A DNA stretch of 64,000 bases from the human T2T-CHM13v2.0 reference genome, Homo sapiens, in NCBI RefSeq assembly GCF_009914755.1, contig NC_060931.1. One strand, given 5' to 3'. The notes below the pieces were generated by a model. It worked only from the letters and a program-made list of their open reading frames with translations, ran no database searches and was not told the DNA's origin. This document shows positions 45,217 through 64,000 of the stretch, piece by piece (the first letter of the stretch is position 1; each line of letters starts with the position of its first letter). A program made the translations under genes and the position numbers.

Positions 45217-46104
45217 TTAGGATAGAAATCACATGATGCTTTTTAAAATGTGGCAGGTCAGAAGGAATAGATGAAACAAGAGTGACAAGATGTTAATTAT
45301 CGTTAAAGCCGAGTGATGGATACATGGGGAGTTATTTATACTATATTATGTGTATTGAGATATTTCCATAATAAAAATGTTTTTAACAAAGAATGTAAAC
45401 CCACGGATTGGGAGAAAATATTTTTAAACCATACATCTGATAAGAGGTTAATATCCAAAATATAAAAGAAACTCAATAGCAAGAAAACAAATCACCCAAC
45501 TGAAAAATGATTACAGGACGTGAACAGACATTTCTCAAATGAAGACATACAAGTGGCCAACAGGTTTATGAGAAATGTTCAACAACTAATCATCAGGGAA
45601 ATGCAAATCAAAATTACAATGAGATAGCACCTCACATCTTGTTATAATGACTATTATTAAAAAGCTGAACGATAACTGTTAGTGACGACGTGGAGAAAAG
45701 GGTTGGCAGGAATAGGAATTAGTACAGCCATTGTGGGCAATAGTATGGAGGTTCCTCTAAAAGCTAAAAAGGGATCTACCATATGATCCAGCAATCCCAC
45801 TTCTGAGTATATATCCAAAAGAAATGAAATCAGCGTATCAAAGAGATATCTTGCTCTTATTCACGATAGCCAAAATATGAAGTCAACCTAAGTGTCCATC
45901 AACAAATGAATGGTTAGGCTGGGCATGGTGGCTCAGGCCTGTAACCCCAACACTTTGGGAAGCCTAGGTGGGTGGATTGCTTGAGCCCAGGAGTTCGAGA
46001 CCAACCTGGGCAACATGTCAAAACCCCATCTCTATTTTATTTTAATTAAATTTTAAATAAATAACCCAAAATGAATGGTTAAAAAATGTGATATGTATAA
46101 TACA

Positions 46105-46420
46105 CAGTCATGCATTGCTTAATGATGGGGATATGTTCTGAGAGATGCATTATTAGTTAATTTTGTAATTGTGTGAACATCATGGAGTATACAGAACATA
46201 CACAAACCTAGAAGGTATAGCCTACCACACAAATAGGCTATGTGGTATTGCCTATTGCTCCTGGGCTATAAACCTGTACAGCCTGTTACTGCACTGAGTA
46301 CTGCAGGCAATTGTAACACAAATCACTAGGCAATGCGAATTTTTCAGCTCCATTATAATCTTAAGGGACCACCATCCTATATGTAGTCTGGTGGAAATAT
46401 TGTTATGTGGCGCATGACTG
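46105..46420. mobile_element. Tigger3-type MITE
   Basis: TIRs cagtcatgc / gcatgactg, followed by TA; ggggatatgttctgag. Confidence 0.85.
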
Positions 46421-46429
46421 TATACACAG

Positions 46430-46468
<39 letters not shown>

Positions 46469-47261
46469 GGAATATTATTTAGTCTTTAAAAAGGAAGAAA
46501 TTCTGTCATTTGCTACTACATAGAGGAATCTGAAATAAAATAAGCCAGGCATGGAAAGACAAATACCGCATGATCTCACTTACATGTGAAATCTAAAAAA
46601 GTTGAACTTAACAGAAGTAGAGAGTAGAACAGTGATTACCAGAGGCTGGGGGTGCGGGGTGGGCAATGGGGAGATGTTGACCAAAGAGTACAAAGTTTCT
46701 ATTAGGAGGAATCAATTCTTAATATATATTGTACAGTATGGTGACCATGATTAATAATCATGTATCGTATATTTCAAAATTGCTACAAGAATAGATGTTA
46801 AATGTTCTCACTATATAAAAATGACCAGTAAATGAGGAGATATGTTAATTAGCTTGATGTAATATTCCACAATGTGTGTATATATATATATAAAACATCA
46901 CACCATATCCTATACACATATACAATTATTGTCAATTTAAAATAAAATTTTAAATTTAAAAAAGTATTACATCAATGCTGTAAAACAAGAGAGACAGAGA
47001 ATGTATTGAGATAATAATTCTGTGATATTCCATGTTTCATCCTATCCCCACAGTTCTAAGGACACAAAGCTGGTTTCATGGTCTTGAAACCTATGCATTC
47101 ACACAGGGCCTCAAAATGGTTTAATGTTCTGCTGTCATTGTCTTGAAATTCTTAATAATTTCTGAATACACAGCCCTGCATATTGGTTTTTCATAAATTA
47201 TGTGGCTATAGCTGACCCTGTAAGCATACAATATATGCTGATTAAATGCCTCTAAAATAAA

Positions 47262-47975
<714 letters not shown>

Positions 47976-48287
47976 TATACTTTAGGCCAGGTGCAGTGGC
48001 TCACGCATGTAATCCCAGCAGTTTGGGAGGTTGAGGCAGGTAGATCACTTGAGGTCAGGAGTTTGAGACCAGCCTGGCCATCATGATGAAACCCCGTCTC
48101 TACTAAAACTACAAAAATTAGCCAGGTGTTGTGGCACGTGCCTGTAATCCCAGCTACTTAGGAGGCTGAGGCAGAAGAATCACTTGAACCCAGGAGGCAG
48201 AGGTTGCATGAGCCGAGATCGCACCACTGCACTCCAGCCTGGGCGATAGAGTGAGACTCTGTCTCAAAATATATATATATATATATT

Positions 48288-48318
<31 letters not shown>

Positions 48319-48503
48319 GATCATACATATTATAGATACATAAATATATATATACTTTAAAAAATATAGGCCAGTTGCAGCGGCTCACACCTGTAATCCT
48401 AGCACTTTGGGAGGTTAAGGCAGGCAGATAGATGAAGTCAGGAGTTTGAGACCAGCCTGGCCAACGCGGCAAAAGCTCATCTCTACTAAAAATACAAAAA
48501 TTA

Positions 48504-48818
<315 letters not shown>

Positions 48819-49108
48819 CTAAAAATCTGTGTTTTTCACTGTAGGCAAATTTTACTTCAAGGGAAAAAAATTAACTATAAGCAAATATTGAACTCATTAC
48901 TTCTAAAATAAGTTGCAAAATAAAATCAGAAGAGTATTGACGTCTGCAACTTACTTTAAAATGAATCAAAAAATAAGATGCATTGATGGATGGATAAAGG
49001 GATGAGTAGATAGAAAACTAGTATAATGTTAATGCTAAAATCTAGGTGGTGAGTACACAGGTGTTCACTGTAAAATTCTTATATATATGTGTATATATGT
49101 GCGTATAG

Positions 49109-49330
<222 letters not shown>

Positions 49331-49843
49331 TAATTTTTGTATTTTTTCTAGAGACGGGGTTCCACCATGTTGCCCAGGCTGGTCTCGAACTCCTGAGCTC
49401 AAAGCGATCTGCCCACCTTAGTCTCCCAAAGTGCTGGGATTACAGGCATGAGCCACCATGCCTGGCCCCTTTTCTGTATGCTTTTAGTAATTCATAACAA
49501 AACGGTCTACACATATTGATCTACATATGTTGATAAGGCACAATCTCCAACATATATTGTTAGGTGGAAAAAGCAAAATATAAAGCATTATCTATGGTAT
49601 GCTCCCAAATGTATAAAGAAAGAGAGCCTGTATATATTATGTTTGCATATTTATGGTCTCTCTCTGGGGAGGGGGTACCCAGAAATAGTTGGGAAAGAGA
49701 TTGCCTCATGGGAACGGGACTGAGAGACTGAGGTTTGGGGATATAAGAAAGACTTACTCTTTATTATAATTTTTTCCCTGTTGAATTTTATACTAAAAGT
49801 GTAGATCATTTTTTAATTAACTAAAATAACTATATTTTAGTAA

Positions 49844-50097
<254 letters not shown>

Positions 50098-52508
50098 TGA
50101 TCCACCTGCCTTGGCCTCCCAAAATGCTGGGATTACAGGCGTGAGCCACCATGCCCGGCACATACATTAATACTTTTTCAGATACTGTCTTCTTCTTCTT
50201 TTTTTTAAAGACAGGATCTTGCCTTGTCACCCAGGCTGGGGTGTAGTGGCACAGTCGTAGTTTTCTGCAACCTCGAACTCTTGGGCTCAGACAATCCTCC
50301 CCCATCAGCCTCCCAAAGAGCTAGGATTACAGGCAGGCAACACTGCACCTGGCTAATTTTTTAATGTTTTTTTGTGTGTAGAGACAGGGTCTCACTATGT
50401 TGCCCAGGCTGTCAGATACTGTCTTTAATTGTTATTTAATTATTTCATATGCATCTCTTATCTCTCTACCCATATCAGAAAATCCTGGAGACCACAGTCA
50501 AATATGTTACCTCTCCTGGATAGATGCCCTTAGAAGTTAGCACAGGGCTATGTACAATGTAGTTACAAACAAATGCTCCATGGTGAAATCAGGTCCCAGT
50601 GACAGGATGGTACCCCTCGCTGGTCCCACACACAGTTGTGCACATTACAGTCAGACCCAGACTCACTTTGGCTGTAGTTCCCCAAGCTGGAGGAGCAGTG
50701 TGGGAAAGGGGTGATATACGTGGGTTTATTTTCACCAATTTACAGATTAGTAACCGAAGCTCAGAAAGGTTAAGTAACTTGCCCAAGGTCACACTGCTAG
50801 TAAGTGGTAGAAATGAGATTTGAAAACCAGGGTTGGCCAAAACACATGTGCTTAAACTGCACGGCCTCCTGTTTGCTAGTATTTACAGGCATATCCATGT
50901 GGGACTCTGCTGTCACTATCTGTAGACATTTCTAACAAACACAATGCTCTTTTTGTTGTTGTTGCTTAGCAACAACTACACTCAATTTCTCAAATTCCAG
51001 AAGGTTTTTGTGGCTTAATGCCGAGTATCTGAGCTAGACTGACTGCCTCAACCCCATTGTTCACTCAGTTCTTGTTTAGCGAGCTTTGTACAATATTAAA
51101 ACTAGTTGATGGGGTAAGTGCATGTATTTATCCTTACATACTGGAGGATTTATTATTTTTTGAAAGCATTTCCATCTAGAAAATATCAATGTTGCTCACC
51201 TATGTCATGATAAACCATTTATCCACCTTCCTTACACATTTTGGAGAAGCTGTGACTAAGGCAATTTCTGAAGGGGAAAACACACCCAGCTGAATTAAAA
51301 GGTCAAGGTTCTGAGTTTCCTTCTAACTAAAGAAATCGTGTACTTTCTCTGAGCTTGTTTCCTCTGTAAAATGAAAGTGATAATCAGGCAGCCCAAATGA
51401 TTGTTAATAAGGATCAAATGAGATCGTGTATGTGGGTCCAATCAATTGATTCTACACAAAGGTATGTATCTATTGTCACTGATATCTTTTTAGAAGTCAC
51501 CAGCAGTGTGTTGTATGCTTATTCAGTTTAAACTGATCTATTTTTTAGTTGTCTTAATCAGATGATAAAAGGTAAGCCTTCCAATACAGAGCTTGCAATC
51601 TTCATTTCCTTATCCTGCCTTATATGTCAATAACCTTAATTTACCTTCTGATCATCTCCTTGGCTGCCCGTGCTGTCTGAAAATCAGCCTTTTCTTAAAA
51701 TGGCAAATAGTGGGGAAAAGTAGCATCTAACCACTCCTCCAGAGAAGGGCAGAATAATGATTCAGAATGCCTCTAGTGTTTTGTTAAATTATCATTTGAG
51801 AGCAGCCCAAGAGAGCATTTAGAGTGGGATGGTGTAGTGCTTAAGAGCCAGGATTCTGGGTTCAGACCATGGGTTCAAATCCTGACCCCACCCTTAATTA
51901 GCTACCCACATACCTCAAGTTTCTTACCTCATCTATAAAATGGACATAATCACAGTAACTACCTCTTAGTATAGCATACGTATTTTAAATCACTTAATTT
52001 GTGTAAAGTATTTAACACAGTGAGGAGTATGCACAAAACATTCTACACATGTTGATACTATAAAGCACTCCCAGATTCAGAAACACAAAAATCACAGAAA
52101 TACAAAGCCACAGAGACAAGCACACAGTGGGAGGCAATAAGCTTGACTTCTCCCTTGTTCTCCTTGCCCTTCCACTTCCCTTCACCGTCAACCACCCAAA
52201 TGAGCTGGGAAGAGTGGGCAAGGAGAAGTCATTCCATCTCCAGTAGGGTTTGTCAAAGGCAGGCAAGTAGAAAGTGGATGACAATTGAATTAAGTGATGC
52301 ATTCCTGTTTTGCTAAGGATATTAAGTTGACGAAGAAATAAAGGAAAGCAAAACCTTTGGGAAGCAATTTGGCCATATGCATTCGGGACAATAAAAACTT
52401 TCCTATTGCTTGTCTCTTGATAATGACATTTCTTAAAATTCATCCTGAGGAAATAATCCAAAACAAAAGGAAAACTATACATAAGATGTTTATTGCATTA
52501 GTTTTTAA

Positions 52509-53380
<872 letters not shown>

Positions 53381-53577
53381 AAGGTATAATTCATCCTTTT
53401 AAAGTGTACAATGCAGTGGGGTTTTTTAAAGAATTATTCAGAGTTGTGCAAGCATCACCATTATATAATTTTAGAAATTTTCACCACCCCAATATGAAAC
53501 TCATTTGCAGTTACTCTCCATTTCTTCCTCTGCCTCCCCACCCCTAGCAAATTCTAATCTACTTTCTGTCTCTTGTA

Positions 53578-54385
<808 letters not shown>

Positions 54386-55277
54386 TGAAATAGGCTCAGT
54401 GTTATTGAGCAACGTATCATGAGGGTATATTAATCAAATTATGGCATATCGATTCAATGAAATATTACATGGCTGTTTGAAATTACTACAATAAGGTCTT
54501 TATCAGGGTGAAATATATACAATATAAAGTATAAAACTTTTTAAAGATACAAAGTGGTTAGTATATTCTGGTTTGCATGTGGACAGTCTGGAAGAAATAT
54601 ATAAACGTTTTAAATGGCCGTGTTAGGATAATGAGAAGATAGACAATTTTTTTTTCTTTAGCTTTTAAATATTGTCATGTTTTTTCTTTTAACAAATGCA
54701 ATTTTTAAAAATTGATTTTACATTACTGGAATTGAGAATGTATGAACGGGCACAGCCAGCCACCAGTCTAGCCTCTCCAGTTGGGATCCAGTTCTTGTCT
54801 ATCGTACTCTCCTTCCGGCAACCAAGAGACTTAAGCTACAAAGGTCCGCCTCTCCCAGACTCTCCCCTTACACCTCAGGCCCATACCTTTTGGCCCCGTG
54901 CCTCTTAGCCTACACCTTCCCATTCCCACAACTCACTCCTTAACAAACCCCCTTTCCTATCACACACACCAATGACCCTTGGCCAATTTCCTTCTATTCA
55001 TATGTTAACTGTAGACTGCAGTCCTGATTCCAGCTGTACTTTCCCCTTATGAGCAGAACAGTGAGGAAATTGGCTGAAACAGAACAACAATCAGCCCCCC
55101 TCACTCCTGTGCCTACTTTGCATAGAGACACACCTCATTTAGACTCCCACAGCCTTCCTGTTAATGTCTCCTTCCTCTCTCTGCTATCGATCTGGGGCTC
55201 TGGGACAGAGAATCTTCAATATCCCACCAGTGCCCACACTTATTACCACTACAGACACAGTTATTCTCATTCCCATA

Positions 55278-55278
<1 letters not shown>

Positions 55279-55317
<39 letters not shown>
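55279..55317. repeat. (CT)n(CA)n microsatellite
   Basis: Direct. Confidence 0.95.
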
Positions 55318-55318
<1 letters not shown>

Positions 55319-56329
55319 CCTCTCCTATGCTTCCCCACCCCAGCTGTCCCTGGGGAGCCTGGATTGGATTTGTGCCCACGGTCTGCAGCTTCCCTCGGTC
55401 TGTCTGCTGGTCACCCTCTGAAGGAACGGGGCCCAGTTTTGTTCACCCTCTGGCTCAAGGACCAAGTATGCTTCTACTCACTCTCTACCTCCAAGCACCT
55501 ACCCTACTCCGACTTAACTGCCTGACCCACAACTAAAAAGAACAGCTCTTTGATCTTCACAGGTGTGGTGAGGCCTGGTGAGAGGGGAGCCTTCTAGTTA
55601 GTGACCTACCACGTTTCAGGAACCATGTTAGTTTCCAGGATTCAGAGATGATTAAAACTAATCACGCACCTTGAGAAACTCACAGTGGAAGGAAAATCAG
55701 TAAGCAGAAAAATGCTACATAACCAGGTAAATGCTGGGACAAATTTAGGAAGGAACGATGTGGATACACTGGAGCAGGCTCCAAAGCAGCATCACCTCGG
55801 AGGAGGATCTTGAAGACTCAAGAGTTAACTGGGTCAAGAAATATACACACTAACACTTCTGACAGGTCTGCAGAATACAGGGAGTCCATAAAAATAGCAC
55901 TTGGGTAATGGAAGCAGGACACACCATTCCATGCCCACAGCATTACTTTCTGTGTGCAGTGCACTGTGTGATGATCTACAGAGATTAAATAAGCCGAGGT
56001 CTCCGCTTCCAGTCACTTGGGAGAGACGCACAAGGTAAATTACCCAAATAGAAGGCAAACTGCCCAGGGCTGTAATTAACATACAATATGCGCCGAGAGG
56101 GAAAGGTTAATGCTAACTCCGGTCCTAAGTACAAAGATCATTGGGAGTCAGGGGTGCACTCTCATTAGGGTACAGCATGGGTGGGTGGAGAGAGTAAAAA
56201 CCAGAACAAATCAAGGTTCAGCAGTTGGAAGTCAGCCTTAGGGAGAAAAGGGGCGGAGACTGACTGGGCCAGAACAGGGATTGGGACAGAAAAAGAGGGT
56301 GGGGCCAGTGGGCTCCACCTACCCGCTCC

Positions 56330-56859
56330 GGCCCTTCCCACCACCCCCCACCCCATCTACTTTCTACAGTCTGTGGAGACAGGTGAGCGACGAACTTCTG
56401 AGACAGGTGTGGGTGCGAGGGTCGGGAGGGTCATGGGATTGGGACCGAGGTGTGAGGAGGGAATCTGCAATTCCTTGCTACACAGAGCGCTGGCAACTTC
56501 TGACAGGCTGTTTCTGGGGTATGGGCTGCCTCGGGTTGTTGCTGTTACAAGGAAAGAAAAGAGTTCCCCTGCCCACCGCCTCCCAGCCACTGGGCTACCT
56601 CCTGGCAGGAAATTTGCAAACTGAGTTTAACAAGTTAGGATCAGCAGAGGGTAGAGGAGGGCCCTGGCAGATGTGGGGTCTAGAAGAGGACAGGAGTTAT
56701 CAGGGCCTCCGGCCATTGTGCTGGGCCTTTGCCTGTACAATTGTTTCTCAAGCAGTTGTGTCCCTGTGGCTTTGGTGCGCCTGTGTGCACTTTCTCCCTC
56801 CACCTGGAGCATGGGCTAACACCGGAGGAAAGGAAAAGACAGAGTCAGACAGGGTAAGT
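56330..56859 (+). other. TMEM139: Probable TMEM139 non-coding 5' exon(s) and proximal promoter
   Basis: Donors CAG|gtgagc (56383) and AGG|gtaagt (56854) lie upstream of the 57348 acceptor; GC box ggggcgg at ~56249; 5' boundaries cannot be fixed from sequence. Confidence 0.6.
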
Positions 56860-56885
56860 GGGGCTCCCTCCCCTCTTCTCTCTAA

Positions 56886-58237
<1,352 letters not shown>

Positions 58238-58684
58238 ATGACTCTCCCAAGATTTCTCTTCTCTCCACACCAGACCTCGTTCATTTGACTAACATTTTCC
58301 AGCGCCTACTATGTGTCAGAAACAAGTGTTTCTGCCTGGACATCATAAATGGGGACTTGGACCCTGAGGAGAGTCAGGCCACGGTAAGCCCTTCCCAGCT
58401 GAGATATGGGTGGCATAATTTGAGTCTTCTGGCAACATTTGGTGACCTACCCCATATCCAATATTTCCAGCGTTAGATTGAGGATGAGGTAGGGAGGTGA
58501 TCCAGAGAAGGCGGAGAAGGAAGAAGTAACCTCTGAGTGGCGGCTATTGCTTCTGTTCCAGGTGCTGTTCGAGCTGTTAGAACCCTTAGGCTTGACAGCT
58601 TTGTGAGTTATTATTGAAAAATGAGGATTCCAAGAGTCAGAGGAGTTTGATAATGTGCACGAGGGCACACTGCTAGTAAATAAC

Positions 58685-58690
58685 ATTAAA
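58685..58690 (+). terminator. TMEM139: TMEM139 proximal polyA signal (ATTAAA)
   Basis: ATTAAA ~450 nt after the stop, downstream attgtgtttt. Confidence 0.6.
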
Positions 58691-59435
58691 ATAACTGGAA
58701 TGAACTCCTGATCCCAAAGCCTATTGTGTTTTCAACACAAGGTAATAGGAAGCCAAGCAACTTGCATGTCTCCCAATCCCTGTCTAGGGACAGCTGCTGG
58801 TGCAGGATGGAAGACTTCCTATAAACAGAATGGGCGACCAATTGTGTCTACAGAGGGGGTGGGCTGAGCATGGGCACGCATGTCCCCAGCCTCCTGGACG
58901 AGCAAAGTCAGTCAAAGCGCTGGTGATCCCTGCTCCGCGTGCGTAGCAGTGTCTGTGCCTCTCCTGCCCAGGGGCTAGAGAGCAGTCTCCAGTGCAGGGT
59001 CCCCATCCTATCTGAAAACAGTGGAGTCAGTGACCCCAGGTGGAGGGACTTCCAGTTTTAACAATGGGTTGGTATGAAGGCCAGAAGGAGTGAAACATGT
59101 GAACTTTCTGGCGAGGAGACTCCCTCTTGAATCATCCATATGTAGCCCCGGGGTCACTTGCGAAGAGTCTCTAACAGCTTCTGCCTCACTCCTAAGCTCT
59201 GACCGCTAGGCTTTCACCCCAGCCGCCGGTCCTGATTCCTGAGATCCCAATATTGAGCACCAGGTTTCCTGGAATTGTGTGCTGCGGCTGTGATGTAGGT
59301 TTCGGTCGCTGGAAGCTGCTAAACCATAGCTGACGCCCCCTCCTAAGCCAGCCTTCCTTCCCCGCGCGGGCATCTGTCCAGGGCCTTGTCGCGCTCTCAG
59401 TCTCCTTCGCAGCCTGGCCCCAACCGTTCAACTTC

Positions 59436-59441
59436 AATAAA
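59436..59441 (+). terminator. TMEM139: TMEM139 distal polyA signal (AATAAA) at the CASP2 CpG island
   Basis: First canonical AATAAA downstream of the TMEM139 stop; sits in otherwise GC-rich sequence. Confidence 0.6.
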
Positions 59442-59863
59442 GCAAAACTCCAGCCACGCCCGTCTCCGTGAAGTTATCGCCATAGGCCGGCCAGGGGGCG
59501 CGAGAGGCACCGGGGTGATTTCCGCGGGAATCGATAACCAATCGGATTCCCAGGCCGAACGGAGCACACCCGCCCGCCCTCGCTCTTTCCCCGCCCTTTG
59601 CCCCGCCCCGCTCCTTCCCCTCCTTTTGTCTGTCCGCCGAGCACCCCACTTCACCCCATTGGACCGCGCGGCCGCCGCTAGAGCTCTGCGCCTGCGCACG
59701 CACCGGGCCGGGGACTGGGTGGCCTGGTGTGTGGGCGCGGCAGGGCGCAGGCGCAGGCGCAGTGTGCGTCCGCGTCTGAGGGGAGGGATGTGGGGGAAGC
59801 GACGGCCCCCGGTTTGTTTGGGCTGTGGGCGGTGCGCAGCGGAGAGCCCGGGAAAAGCGGGAA

Positions 59864-63885
<4,022 letters not shown>

Positions 63886-64000
63886 GTATGAAGCTTTAGT
63901 AATATGGGGTGTTGGGAAGGGTTAGTTTGACTGGAAAGGAATTTGTAAGTCAGAGTGAGGGAGACTAGATTTTGTTGTATTTGGACCGGACCACTTCCCT

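Overview
Primate, almost certainly human, genomic DNA from the GSTK1-TMEM139-CASP2 locus (human chr7q34, from my knowledge of these genes). Three + strand protein-coding genes were rebuilt exon by exon from GT-AG junctions. GSTK1 is complete (8 coding exons, 34935-40256, 226 aa, ends in PTS1 -ARL). TMEM139 is complete (2 coding exons, 57366-58237, 216 aa). CASP2 is represented by its first 3 coding exons (59864-63885, CARD prodomain) plus its alternative internal first exon. The left ~33 kb has no protein-coding gene I can support. It is AT-rich and dominated by two old, decayed, divergently oriented L1 elements with nested Alu/MaLR/ERV insertions. Between them lies a ~10 kb island with a near-perfect 91-bp palindrome, a strong CTCF motif, a promoter-like cassette and orphan exon-like segments. 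The right half is Alu-dense, with CpG-island promoters, solo LTRs, DNA-transposon fossils and a 7SL pseudogene. Nearly all ORF-track entries are repeat artefacts. I see no clearly new multi-gene system. The best leads are an L2-derived CASP2 alternative leader with stop-start-coupled uORFs, the 2-TM plus double-PPxY architecture of TMEM139, TMEM139 termination inside the CASP2 promoter, and the 11.2 kb hairpin. Repeat subfamily names come from remembered consensus sequences and repeat boundaries are approximate; RepeatMasker/Dfam should confirm them.
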